A DNA stretch of 64,000 bases from the NCBI GenBank assembly GCA_043228905.1, contig JBHGNT010000007.1, forward strand, positions 8,370,001 to 8,434,000, given 5' to 3'. Position numbers and translations under genes: made by a program. Below are positions 1-13,060 of this stretch, piece after piece; position 1 is the stretch's first letter; each line of letters opens with the position of its first letter. The notes beneath the pieces are model-generated. The model saw only the letters and a program-made list of their open reading frames with translations, was not told the origin of the DNA and ran no database searches. Source of the stretch: Azolla caroliniana. Lineage: Eukaryota; Plantae; Polypodiophyta.

Positions 1-430
1 TATCTCTCTTGTCTTGAGTTTGCAATGACCTTCGTGACGACCATAGGCATGTCGATCACAATCACTCCCTTCAAGATCACGTTCTTCGTCACATGTTTGT
101 CTTTTGTCGAGTTTGCAATGATCCTCGTAACGACCATACACATGTTGATCTCGATATCTCTCTTCAAAGCCTTGTTCTTCGTCACATGTCTCTTCACGAC
201 CACAACTACGTCGATCTTCGTGATGACCATAGGCATGTCGATCACAATCCCTCCCTTCAAGATCGCGTTCTTCGTCACATGTTTCTCTTTTGTCGAGTTA
301 GCAACAATCCTCGTAACGACCATAGGCATGTTGATCTCGATATCTCTCTTCAAAGACTTGTTCTTCGTCACATGTCTCTTCACCACCGCAACTACGCCGA
401 TCTCAATCATCTTCATCGTCGTCACCGTCA
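1..430. repeat. Degenerate tandem repeat (alternating ~75-90 bp subunits) inside element H
   Basis: Repeated GACCATAGGCATGTCGATC...TTCAAG...TTCTTCGTCACATGT at about 39, 132, 225 and 318. Confidence 0.85.
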
Positions 431-696
431 AGCAAACCATGAAAAGGTTGAGGCCCGAATCTGGACATCATAACCACTTCGTACCAATCTGGAACTTCTT
501 GATATAGTCTTTTGACTTGCCTTGCCAACTTGAGATACTCCAATGCTCTATCCTTATCATCATGCAACATCATTTCAATGACCTTCCTTACAAATGGAAG
601 CATCATGAGCCTTGGACCACCTTCTATTTTTATCGACTCCTCTAAGTCGTATGCATCCAAGATCACATCCACCATTCGCGATGCCCCCATTACCAC
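403..696 (-). pseudogene. Element H ORF N-terminus (no recognised domain), followed by acidic tandem-repeat coding sequence toward base 1
   Basis: ORF track 403..696, starting 10 nt after the PBS; downstream sequence on this strand is D/E/R-rich repeats with stops. Confidence 0.45.
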
Positions 697-1070
697 CTTG
701 TGTTGTTCACGTCAAGTTCACCAAAGAGATGTCGCCACGGCGTGACACACGTCCCAAACATCATGATGTGTGTGTCACACAGGCGCAGACAAGCACTATT
801 CCTCTATCTGGTAGTGGTTATAGAGGAGATGAATTGGCCGTTTTAGGTTTATTGTCGAGTTGTTCTTTGTTGTCGAAGACGCACCCGAACTAGAATCAGT
901 GATGCGGTGGATTGATCTGTAGGCGGCAGTATTGTGGTGGTGCGCAATGTTTATCAGGCGGCGAAACGATCTTTGCCGGTGCTATTTCCCTCTTGACGAG
1001 AATTCCAGAGATAGAGTGAATGACCACACGAAATGAAATTGTAGTAGCCGAAGTGACATACCAATGTGGT

Positions 1071-1103
<33 letters not shown>

Positions 1104-1793
1104 CGGGAATTGAGGAAGTGTTTAAGATAGATAGATGGATGGAAATTCCAAATCTGGGTTTGAACCCTTGACATCAATGTTGAGAAACAAGACAAGTCAC
1201 CAATAAGATAAGTAGGTTTTTTAATATTAAGATGTTGATTCGATACATAGCTTCATTGATGCATAGATTGATCCCCCCTTTTCCCTTCCTTTCTTTCTTA
1301 TATAGATGCCCCCATGCATATGATGCATGTGAGGGTGTAAGACATGCATACAATGCATGCAATGCATTATTTCCATTTGGTGCTCATGCATCGCATGTGA
1401 TGCATGACGACCATGTCACTCATTCAAGCTCTCATGTAGGAGCATTTACATGTGAAAAATACAATGATAAAAGTACAAGTAACAACTTAGCCTAATGGTA
1501 AGTCAATTGTGTCTTAACTTGGAGGTGCAAGTATGCACGAAAATGCTACTAGGCCTTAGGGGTTCTCATTTCATTCATATTAACAACATGCTAACATACA
1601 AGTGTAACCATCGCCCCATTCATTCGTGTACACATTGCACCTTCTCGATTTTCTCCGTTCCATGTGATTTTCACACCGTTGCCGAAAATCTTCACTACAA
1701 CGCAACGAGCACGCTGAAAGAACCCACCAAAAAAGTGTTTCTCAAACAACAGTCACGACCACGACAGCGACAGATGGCAGGAGAGAGAGAGAG

Positions 1794-1840
<47 letters not shown>

Positions 1841-4800
1841 TAATAAGAAATAAATCTTTCCAACGCACTCAAGTACATTGGAGGTGGTAGTGTTTTGTTT
1901 TTAGGGTTCATTGGAAGGGGTGATATTCAAATTTTTTATACTCGTAATGAAATTTGTGGTACTCCAATTCATGTAAGAGTACCCCTACTATTATCTTATT
2001 CTAATTTTTTTTATCCATATTTAATCAATTTCTCATTCTTTTTTTTCCAACAATGGTTTATATTATGTCTAAAGTAATTTAGATTATATATGGACACTTC
2101 CAAACATAGTATGAAGCATACGTACGCGAACATTCTTATCATTCGCGTAAGAAAAACACCCTCGAAGTATGGTAAATACCATACTGTTGCACTCATTATT
2201 TATTATAAGGTAAATTTTTTTAGGGTAAGAAAGTTAAGGTAAAAAGTAAAAAAAAAAAACACACAAGAATGTTTTAATAACATACGCATTCGTTTGTATA
2301 CGTATGAAAACGAATGTTTGGGCTAACGAACACGAATATTACGTACTATGCTTCCAAATATTCTTAGAACGTCATCATGGATTTTTACCTTTTTCACCTG
2401 CTCTTAAGTTGTCACAAACATAAGAAAAAGTTTAAATTTCTTCACAACATAAGTTTTCACATGGACTCATTGCACCCTAGTCTCTGGAAAACCAAAAGGC
2501 CCCAAAAGATTCCAAATTTCACCTAATGGATAGGCATTATACTTAGAACATGATACCAGATTTCCCCATTATATCTTTGTGTTGTTGCCTAACCCTACAA
2601 ACCCTATTTCCCATGCAATAATTAACAAACATTCCCTCTTTTATCACTCAACATGTGGTCATCTTTGACTGTACTCACCCTCTTAAAGGAAATTCAGATT
2701 TATTAGATGTTCATTTCATAGAATTTCCGCCTAATTGAAAAGGAGCTTTAGTTGGCTCAACCATGTCACAACCAACCAAAGGGACAATGAGACATGAATC
2801 AAGATCCAATAGGTATGTCAATGTTTCTATGAACTATATATTGCTCCCTTATTGTTCTTACAAATATGAGGTTTGCCAACCTCTAGGAACCATGAGAAAC
2901 AATTGACACTATGGTCAAGGGATGGTTTTTTCAGCATTTGTTAGTGATTTTTTACAAGTGCTGAAAAGAGTTGCTAACACAAGAAAAGGGTTTAGATAGA
3001 TGAATATGGGGTTTTCGAAAAAATGAAAATAATGTTTAGACATATGGAAATGATTAGATCAATTAAACGAAAATGATTAGATAAATACTAAAAAAAATTA
3101 TGCACATTAAAAAATATATATGTTCAATTAAAATAAAATTTGATCAATGATACCCATTTGAGATGTGATCAAGGCAAGTGATGACTAGAAGCATATCATC
3201 TGTTTCCTATACAATTTAGTATAGTTAAATGAGGTGGAAACATGACACTAAACATTTTATAACCCTAAAAATGTTTGCAACCCAAAGATTCAGAATAAAG
3301 CGAACTCTAGATGTTTGGTGACCCGATCAACATGTCGCCCAATGTGTGTCAAAATGGATGGACAACATATGTGCATCCCATGAAGTATTAAAAGATTGAT
3401 GAATGCAACGGCATCATCGAAGACCCCTTAGGACTTAGAAAGTATGGTGATGGATATGGAGAGCTAAAGGATAAGGAACACATGAGTTAAGTTGGAAATA
3501 GGAAACGCCTTAATGATTGGGTTATTAAGAATATATAATAAAGTGATTCCCAAGGATTCACATAAAAACGAAATGAATTATGAAATTCATTGAAACAAAG
3601 ATCATTCACATACCATGAGCATTAAAATATTAATTTGTGGAAGTGAATCATTACTCAAATGGAATATATATATAGACCATTAATTAGATTGGCTATTTTG
3701 CAAGATTAGGACTAAAGTCAAAATCCACCTCTTACCCATGCAAGTTTTGTTTTAATCAGAGTAGAAAAGTATGAGCCAATGTTCATCAACTCCTTTTCAT
3801 AGCTAGTAATTGGGTGAAATTTTTGTCTGGTTTCATTTTGTGTTGGCAACTTAGAATATGCTTTTGGGGCACGTGCTCCTTGAGTCTTTTAATTTACGAG
3901 TAGTAACATGGTTGAAATATTGTCAAGGGCTCTTTTTCATGCTTAACAAATCAAATGGCCATTGAACTTACCTCTTTTATTGATTGTATATGAAGTCCAA
4001 CTATTGTCAAGTCCACACAATTGTGAGGTTCCACATCATACAAATTACGAGTCTCTAGGTCATAAAAGTTGCCAAGTTGCACAACTTCCGGCTCGCAAGA
4101 TTGTGATTTGATGGCATCGAAGCTCTTGGGAAAGATTTCATGAATCGAGGCATTGAGATAAGTTTCAAGAGTCAAAGACTCAAGGATAAGAAACAAACAA
4201 AAGGGAGTACATGGTCATCCTTGAGAAAGGCATGAATCAACCATAGTGACCCTTGGGGTGATATTTATCATTGCCCAAGAAAATTGCCATAGGATAGCCT
4301 ATGTGCAAGTGCCTATGAGGGTGTATTTGTATATACACACATAGAGAGAGATCGGTTGTGCGCAAACAATGCGCATTAAATCACGAAAAGACAATCATCT
4401 ACCGAGGCATATTTTTTGTTGTTCGGCACGAAATTAAGTAGCTTATCGTTTTTCCACCACCTACAATAATGGTGCCCACTACTTACGTTACCATTGATCA
4501 TCTCTCAACAATGTTTCCTTGTCTACAAAGTTTTTTTGTAAATATGTATAGATGCCCTGGTATAGATTCCAATGTTAATACAAATTACTGTATATTATCC
4601 TCAATATACATTAGCCACATTATTTAAAGCACATTGCAAGTTTGCATTGGTAATTTGCATGTGGATATAGGCGTTTGCAACTTTAGCTCTATCTCCCCCA
4701 CCCCTCCTTCCCTTATTTTCCATGTTTTCCTTGCTTTGCCATGATTAGAAACACTCGAATCTCCAACCTCCTTTGTGTTACTCCTCAAGCATGTTTCTCA

Positions 4801-6489
4801 ACAAAGGTAAAGCTAGTTTGGTTGCATACCTTATAACCAAAAATATGGAAAGGGTGGCACTCATAACAATATGATAATAAAGCATACATACATATATGTA
4901 TGCAACCTACTTGATCGTTTCTTACATTAATAAATGGAACATCTTGGTAATCTTATACATTATTGCAATCTATTTGTTGGAGTAGGTGCAATAACAATCA
5001 CCATTTCAAGTGTTCTTAAAACAACTCATTCTTGCTTATTAATTGTTTTTCTCATGTCTACATTCTCGTACATGTGGAAAACTTGCATTCCCGCATAATT
5101 ACCCTTTCTTATATTAGGTAAATAGATTGTCCAAGTGGTTTTACATCAATTTGGATATTGTAAATTAGGTGGTGACATTCCAACACTCTTGGGAATCCCA
5201 TGGTTTCATGTTTACGTATGAATCATATCACAAGTTCTTTCACTTGCTAAATTTGCTAAAAAAGGAAATCGATATTCATTCTTCTTTATGGATTGTCACC
5301 CCAATTGGGTGAAGGCACTTGTGTAGAAAATCACACCCTAATGTTAAGAGAGCGAGAGAAACAATATAGGAACTACCAACTTAGTTACTTCAAAAACATG
5401 TCTAAAAAGTACAATGTCTAGGCACCTACAATGTCACAAAAATGCCTTAGTCAAGCAAAGATCCCCTCCAAAACAAGTGTCCTTGGGGGATGATCTTTTG
5501 GTGAACAAAGAGGCTTTCTTACTAGGGATGCTCTCCCTGCCTGGTGTCAACCATAGTTAGAACTTAGGACAAAAGCTAAAAGGAGTTCCATTGTCATACA
5601 AAAAAGGGTTCCTCATGTGGATGGATATCTAGTAAAGTTCTTTCTTGAAAATATCTTCGCAAAACCAAATGTTATAAGACCAAAGTGGCCAAACACCACT
5701 TGGCAGGCTTGGGTGAGTGAGCTCTTTTTGTGTTACCTAGTTCTCAATGAGCTTCTTCGACACAAATGGGTTCATTTTTTATGGAATGTTCAACATTAAC
5801 ACAACCAATAGGCCCCAAAGAACATGTCAAGTGTGTAATAAAAAAAATAGCTCAAGGGACAAAAAAAGCTCACTCATAAACCACACCGAATGAACAAAAC
5901 CCTCAAGCATCCTCAAGTGAAGTTTATGTTTTGAAACACACTTTTTATCTGTTCAAGTGGCCAATTTGATCACAACCAATTGCATGAAGTTAGCTTCTTT
6001 AAGCAATCTGTTCAATTGTCTACAACTTAGAGACATCACACTGCAAATTTACACTCTTTACTTTGAGTGCTTCTAAGCCCTTTAGTCTCTAATCAACACT
6101 TCTATACTTCTCTTTATTCTTTGTGGGTTTTCACCTCACTTTGAGGTTTCTTGCTAGTAATAAAAGTGTTACCAAAATAAAAGATTGAAGCCCCACCAAT
6201 ATGTTGGGAGAAGCCAAGATACTCAAGAAGTAGCAAATATTGCTAGTGCAATTGGGTCATCACTATGCGTTTGAATCAAATTTCGGCGATATGTTAATCC
6301 AGCATGGTAATCAACCAATCAAAACAAAAATTAGAATTCATAAACATGGAAGTTTACACATTTGAAACTAATCAATGATTTTAATCATAATAAAGGCACA
6401 TTCATGATTGGCTTGAATGTTGTGGATAATCCCCCCTCCTCAAGTATATGTACAGATGATATAATTCCAATGGAATGTGATCTTAAAGG

Positions 6490-6600
6490 GGATTAGATTA
6501 GATTAGATTAGATTAGACTAGGCTAGATTAGATCTGATCCAATTAGATGAGATTAAATCGGATTGGATTGGACTGGATTGGATTAGATTATATTAGATTT
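6490..6600. repeat. Degenerate (ATTAG/ATTGG)n pentamer repeat downstream of the AFR stop
   Basis: gattagattagattag...gattggattgg seen directly. Confidence 0.85.
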
Positions 6601-6774
6601 GAGAAAGAAAGAGGGGGGAAAACTATCCTAATACAAAACTAGTCAGAGAAACAAAAACCCTAGACTCCTAACCTAAACGTAAGTGTATGAGACTGTTAGC
6701 GGGTATTGTATCATACACAAGCTGAGACTTGAGCTTTTAAGCTAAACTTCTTGACCTATGAATTCCAATGAAAC

Positions 6775-6846
6775 TCAATGATAGATTGTTTTCAATCGCT
6801 TTGCTGCGTGCACAAATCGAGCAATGACTTGTATTTCGTCGAGTTG
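6775..6846 (-). CDS. AFR: AFR-like coding exon 6 (terminal)
   Basis: ACAG|QLDEIQVIARFVHAAKRLKTIYH* (TGA). Confidence 0.92.
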   Translation of the reverse strand, partial: QLDEIQVIARFVHAAKRLKTIYH

Positions 6847-9800
6847 CTGTCCAAAAACACTAAGTCAAATTAAAAGGTAAAACAATTTTGTTAATCCAAT
6901 TGAATAATCTGGACGTTCATATAGTGCATTTGGCATTATCATCAACATAACAGTAGATGATGCACTATCAAATTGACTCAAAGTATGACTAAATCAAGTG
7001 AAAACTAGGTTAAGAGTACATATATATTACACAGTAATCATACCCTTCAGAGGTAGGAGCCAATGCATATATCCTCTAAGATAAGAAATTATCTCAATTT
7101 ATTCACGAATTCAATCATGTAATTTACCTGAGAGCTGAAATGCCTTTCTACAGCATCGACAAGCTGTTCCTTAGAAGAATGTGGACCTGCCTCAACCTGT
7201 TAGTATGCATACACATATATAGATAGATAAGAATTGGATGGTGTATATATATTAAAAGAAACAAACAAACAAAAAAGCAAATAGAAAATGGAAATGCCAA
7301 AATCACTTGCCAGTTTGAATCTTTTCCAATATCTCAATAGGGCATCTGTTTCTAGTTTGCTAAGATTAACCTTCTGCAGAAAAAGATTGAAAGTTCCATC
7401 AATCCTTCAGAAGCTCTTAATGTCTCCCCTAAGAAAGACAGTAGCAATGAACGGAATTTGATCCAATAGCATCAGAATTTATAGAGGATATACTGAGTTA
7501 TTGAATCTAGAAATCAAATGTAAATAGATCCGTATCATCAGAAATTAGATTGCAATTTAATATGTATATATTAGGCAGAATCTGGAAATCAATCAAGGCC
7601 AACTGCATCCAAAAATATAATTACAACTCTAAACAATATGATATATTTAATCTAAAATGCATCAGAAACTTCAACCCTATTTACAAAGGATATGTTAGAA
7701 ATCAAAAGAATTTGAGAAGCAATTACATCCGTTGGAGGACCAGGTGGGTTGAATGTAGAAACCAAAAAGACTTGGAACCAAATGCAGCACAAATTATCAA
7801 TTACAATCAGAGAAAAATCCATTAAATCATCGATGGAGAGCTAATTGCCTCCAATCAATCACTAATCACCCAGAACAAAACCACTAATCATGCCAATCAC
7901 ATGCTAATCATCCCCAGACAAGTGCTAATCAGGCCCACCAAGCCACCTATCAGCTCCAATCAGGCACCCTAACCACAAATTAAGCCTAATACAACTCCAA
8001 TCAATCGCAAATAGTCCACCTAAGCACTAACCTAACTAAGGTTACCTAATGCATTTTGGTAATATACAAGTTTGGCAATTTCCTCAAATAATCATGACCT
8101 GATCAAATAATAATGGCGTAATGGTAATTTTCCCTATGATTAAATTATAAACCATTGCGTTGAACTAATTCTAGAGAATGAACTGGCAAGTAGCCGATAC
8201 CACTTTCTTTCAAAAAACATTTCTACAAGAAAAAAGATTTTTCCTCGCAATTGTTGGATTACATTCTAGATAATGAATTGAAACTAGAGAATGGAACTCT
8301 TTAAGATATACTGACCAGAATTCTGTGGTTAGATTTAGAGCCAACTGTTGAAGAAGCATCAGCTACCTGTGGTGATTTGTGAGAAGGTCTTGTGATACTT
8401 GTGGGTTTCTGGGGTCGAACCCTCGTTCTAAAAGGCCTCTGATAATCCTCTGAAAAGACATTCATTCAAATTGATTTAGATTACTAAAAGCATCAGTTCA
8501 CATACAAAAATAATAATTGTGAATGTTTTCATTAAGCGAAATTTTTTAGTCCCCGCAGATGCCCTTTCATTCCAACCAAATAACCATGTAGTTGCTGCTC
8601 ATCTGAATTGACGATAAAATTGCCCAATTACTAAATCTAGGGAGGGCGAATTGAAAATAAAGAAAAAATGCAGAGAGTTTTCCGCTATGATTAAATTGGT
8701 TTAGCATCAAAAACAAGACCAGATTGTTAGGCGATCACAAGAATTTATTTGACGATTTCACCATAAGGATTTCGTATTACTAAGAATCAATTCATTAGAT
8801 ATTGCAGACGAACAGTTAGAAAAAATACCTCTCATACATTTGTCATCCAGCAAAGTTTATCTAATCTACATAGTTAGAGGATGGAGAAGAGGAGGAAAAG
8901 CGATATGAGAATTTCACTAAATCATAGATCTTATCGAGGCTTAAGCAACACAAGTTCACGCTCATTAAGAGCGTTTGAGCACAGAAAGCAGAAGAATATT
9001 ACGGAGAAAAAAGGTGCACCGATTAAAGATTCGGTTGAGGCTTTAAGTTGTATGAGTTAATAAGATAGAACCCACAAAAATAATATTCTGATAAGGACTA
9101 AATAAACGTAATAGCATTAAGAGAGTCGTAGCAGATTAGTAAGAAATTTTCCGCTAATTAAAGGAAACGATGCAGTATTAGAAGATATGAATATGATCAA
9201 ACCCGCTAAAGGCTTAAGAAATCCCGTAACTAAGAACGCAGAGATTTTGCAGATAAAGAAGAAAATACCTACCAATGAAAGATAGTATCAATTATTAACA
9301 AGCCGTAATCATACTAATTAATAAGAAGACGAAGAGGAAACGCTATCAGAATAAGGGCTATGAAGAAAAGAAAGATTTCGAGCATGAATTAAAAACAGCA
9401 TTTATTGAATTATTTTACTGATACAGAAAAGAAATGGTAAGATAATAATTTCGGATTATGAAATAATTAAACAAAGAACTGGTGAAATTACTGACCTACG
9501 TTCGATCTTCCATCTTCAGAATCATTCTCATCTTCTTCTAATCCTGTGGGAGGTTCTAGAACACTTAATGCATTTCGTTGAAGCTTCACTTCAAGGCCAT
9601 TTGTGAGCACCTATATTTAAAAGATCACAAAAGAAATGGAAAATATTTTCATCAGGAGTTTTAGTAATCAAAGTTAAAGCCCGAGGTTAGCAAGATTTAG
9701 AAAATAATCAAAACCCTGACTTCTGTAATTAGTATTAATCCACTGCTAATAATAAATGCAAAAAGAATTTAGGATAAATTGACGCCCAAGATTAACAAGA

Positions 9801-11886
9801 TCTTGAAGCCCTCAGTTTTAGGGATTAGCAATAATCCAATGAAAATTACTATATCGAGAAGGAGTACCGATACGGAAAGATCTGAATCCTGACATTAGCA
9901 CAAATCCTATCCTTGTGATAGATTCCAGATCAAGATTAAAAGATAGCAGCGCCACTAATTCCCGTGAGAAATGTTTGGGGTTTTAAATCAGATACAAGAC
10001 ATTATTAAAGCTCTGAATTATGGTATAAACAATAATCCAGTCCGAACTATGAATGTACAGTCATCAAGGACTTCCATGACATTGGGCAATAGATTCAAGA
10101 GATAATGCTGTAATTTAGGATTTAAAATCAGATTCAGCTCTATACTGGAAGAGCTAGTTTCATATTATTGGTACTAGTCTAATTCTAATTACGGATTCAA
10201 GAAAATTGAGTATAACGGAAGGGTTTCAATCAGATTAAGGTATAGATACTCGAAGCCCCAATTCCTTGTGATTACCGCTACTCTGTTTCTAATTCGGGAT
10301 TCAAAAACTCAACAAACATTTTCAGTAAGCTTATCAGATGAATACATATATTAGCCCTAGTTACTGTGATAAACACGCACAAATGCTTATTATGAATACA
10401 AGAAATAATTATGGAGATTAGGGTTTCAACGGGGCAGGAATGGATTTAACCTTTAAGAAGCGTATTGGCTAAATAGCGAAATTTGGGTTTCCTTTGAGGC
10501 GTTAACTACTAAAGAGTAGATTCGTTGAGCCTTCTCTTCTCACGATTTATGTATAAGGCAAAATTTAAATCACTGTGATATGGGGCAAACTTGGCTATTG
10601 AAGAATAGGGGTTTATACACTGTAAGTAAAGATTTGCAATTTCTCAAAGGTTAATGGCTAATGGCTATGAGGGAGTTAGGATTTGTACTTTGACATACAA
10701 TCTAAAGATTAATTGCCATGAGGAAATTCAGATTTTAATGAAGAAATGAACTATCAGAATCTTGGCTATGGCGAAATAGAGCATTATTGGGAAATGACAG
10801 GTTTTGAAGTCCCTACCTAGATATTATTAACAGCTGTGACAAATTTAGGGTTGTTTAAGACTTTCCAGGATTTGAAGTTTCTTGGCCAATTGTGAGCTTC
10901 AGAAAGCTTAAAGCCTTTCATTCACTTTAATTAATCATGATTCTCCATAGACATTAAAGACTCTGGGGAAATTAGGCTTTTCCACCTGTAAAAGAAAGGA
11001 TTTTGAAGTTAGCAGGGCTTGATGGCTACAACTAGGTGTTTTCCAACTGTAAAATGAAGGATTTATGTTTCTGAAGCTTAGTGGCTAAGGTTAAAGTGGG
11101 CTTTTCCACAATGATATATGAGGGCCTTTAAAATTTCGCATGATTATGGGTTTTACATGAATAAGAAAGGATTAAAATTATCATAGTTCTTACTATGACA
11201 GTAAGAATGTCAACATTTAGAAGAAGTGCCAATGAATTCCTTCCTTCATCTTTCTTTGTTAATTTCTAAATCAATGGAAATTTGAATGGTCTTCTGAATG
11301 ATTGGGGCCTTTTTTTCCATCAGGAGCTCCAAATTTTCCTTTCCTCATTAGAAACCCAACCTAATTGATTCTTCAAATCAGAAGCCGGGCTCCATGAAGA
11401 TCAGCAAAATCATCAAAAAAAACCAGCCCTAAATCTTCACATCAGGAAACCCTACCTAAAGGGGTTTTTTTCGTCAATCATGATACAACATTCTGTTTCT
11501 GGATCTGATTCCCTGAGTTGTATCGATTTGTTTGAGATACATATACAAGCGTCTTGGCTTGATTTTCTTACCAGCCAATGCCATCCACCGAGGCCAACAG
11601 CTTTCTTGACGACGCCATGGGAGCCAACCAGAACAGATTTGGTTCGATTGTTCCCTGTCACGATGACTTTGGTATGGCGAGGCAGCACAGACAGCTCCTC
11701 GTGATCATTCTCTTCCTCCTGCTCATCGTTCTTTCCTTCGCCATGATCTCCATCTTCATCCTTCTCTTCTTCATGATCTTGATCGTTCTCTTGGTACTGC
11801 TCATCGAACCCTTCTTCGCTCCCTCCTGCAGAGATCACTCCTTCTCCTCCGCCTCCGCCTCTTCCTTCTGATGATGATATCATCAT
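6775..11886 (-). CDS. AFR: SAP30-function-related (AFR1/AFR2-like) Sin3/HDAC complex subunit, 255 aa; join of 11572-11886, 9496-9610, 8316-8449, 7311-7373, 7128-7196, 6775-6846
   Basis: Spliced translation gives EELSVLPRHTKVIVTGNNRTKSVLVG..GVVKKAVGLGGWHWL|VLTNGLEVKLQRNALSVLEPPTG...KVNLSKLETDALLRYWKRFKL|VEAGPHSSKEQLVDAVERHFSSQ|QLDEIQVIARFVHAAKRLK. This matches the plant AFR N-terminal domain and the SAP30 Sin3-binding domain. All exon phases are consistent (768 nt). Confidence 0.93.
7128..7196 (-). CDS. AFR: AFR-like coding exon 5
   Basis: ACAG|VEAGPHSSKEQLVDAVERHFSSQ|GTAAAT. Confidence 0.92.
7311..7373 (-). CDS. AFR: AFR-like coding exon 4
   Basis: TGCAG|KVNLSKLETDALLRYWKRFKL|GCAAGT (GC donor). 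Confidence 0.88.
8316..8449 (-). CDS. AFR: AFR-like coding exon 3
   Basis: TTTTCAG acceptor, open basic/Ser-rich linker, GTCAGT donor; restores phase 0. Confidence 0.85.
9496..9610 (-). CDS. AFR: AFR-like coding exon 2
   Basis: TAG|VLTNGLEVKLQRNALSVLEPPTG...; donor GTCAGT, phase 1. Confidence 0.92.
11572..11886 (-). CDS. AFR: AFR-like coding exon 1
   Basis: ATG at 11886, acidic tract, then the conserved EELSVLPR...GGWHWL; donor GTAAG. Confidence 0.9.
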
Positions 11887-12333
11887 ATCTTCTTCTTGTG
11901 ATTCTTCTTCCTTCTCCTTCTTCTGCTGCTCCTTCTAATTCTTATTCTTCTCTATTCTTCTTCTGATTCTTCTCTATTATTATGATTCTTACTTTATCTT
12001 CTCCTTAATGATTCGTTTAATTCTTCTCCGAATTCTTCTCCTGCTTTTGAATCGCCTTCTCTTCTTCTTCTTCTTCTTCTTTCGATTCTGATCCTTCTGA
12101 TTTAGACTTCTTGCTTAGGCAGACCCTGATTCCAACAGTTCTTCTCTCTGCTCAGAGACCCTGATTTCACAGGCCTTGGCCTCCTCACAGAAAAACTCAA
12201 AAATTAAAAGAGTTGTCCTATGACAAACACAGCCTTTCGCTGCTCACCAAAACCCTACTTTCCATGTGCTCACGAAGCTCTAATCCCACATTTCCCTAAG
12301 AAACCCTAATTCAACAGGAACAGCGCTCTCTGC

Positions 12334-12486
12334 TCAGAAGCCGAATAAGAATCCGCCCGTCGCAATGATTGCAGCCGACAAATTTTGGGAGGAGCAGAAG
12401 CTAATGATGATCACAAGAGAATGGCCATTTCGGCTGGAGTTCAATGCGATTGAGGAGTTCGATCGGAGGGAGGCAATGCAGGCCAT
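12334..12486 (-). CDS. Upstream ORF (50 aa) in the AFR leader, candidate conserved-peptide uORF
   Basis: AACATGG start context; MACIASLRSNSSIALNSSRNGHSLVIIISFCSSQNLSAAIIATGGFLFGF*; lies between the CT-rich putative TSS region and the main ATG. Confidence 0.6.
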   Translation of the reverse strand: MACIASLRSNSSIALNSSRNGHSLVIIISFCSSQNLSAAIIATGGFLFGF

Positions 12487-12549
12487 GTTGAGGGGTTTAG
12501 GGTTAGGATTATTGAGGGGATGGGAGAGGGGACTCAGGATGAATCGGAG

Positions 12550-12719
12550 GGGAAAGAGAGAGAGAGAATTGCAGAAAATGAGAGACAGACAGTGAGAAAG
12601 GAAGGAAGGAAGGAATGGAGGAGGGTTTAGGCTATGGAGGAGGAATGGAAGAGAAGAGGAAAGGAAAGGAAAGGGGAGAGAAGGGAAGGACATGGAAATT
12701 GGGAAAGATGATGATGGAT

Positions 12720-12766
<47 letters not shown>

Positions 12767-12823
12767 AACGAAGAAGAAGATGGAGATGCACAGACAGACA
12801 GTCAGACTCAGACAGACAGACAC

Positions 12824-12855
<32 letters not shown>

Positions 12856-13060
12856 TGTGTGTGTGTGTGTGTGTGTGTGTGGAAAACGAGAAGAGAGAGA
12901 AAGAGACAGAGGTAGTGTGTGTGTCTCTGTCCCGTACACACACACACATATAGAGAGAAGAGAGAGAGACACACACACACACACACATAGAGAGAGAGAG
13001 AGAGAAGAGAGAGAAGAGAGAGAAAGAGAGATAAGACACACATACACAGAGTGAATGAGT
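12550..13060. repeat. Compound CT/GA/TG/CA microsatellite block, likely AFR promoter and 5' UTR
   Basis: (CT)n 12722-12764, (GA)n(TG)n 12825-12880, (CA)n(GA)n 12940-13030. Confidence 0.85.

Larger units (their letters stand above)
1..1699 (-). mobile_element. 5' part of a tRNA-Trp-primed LTR element (element H), running off the left edge; 5' LTR 730-1699, PBS 706-723
   Basis: On the minus strand the LTR starts TGTAGTGAAGATTTTCGGCAACGGTGTGA, matching the element F LTR start TGTCGTGACGATTTTCGGCTACGGTGTGA, and ends GGCGACA. It is followed by TGGTGAACTTGACGTGAA (near-complement of the tRNA-Trp 3' end) and an ORF at 696. The right flank is ACGC. Confidence 0.8.

Noticed and set aside
25-507. Hydrophobic 160-aa membrane-like ORF on the plus strand
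   Set aside because: Antisense reading of the acidic repeats of element H
2000-6400. Possible old LINE or DNA-transposon remnants
   Set aside because: No convincing motif or terminus could be read by eye
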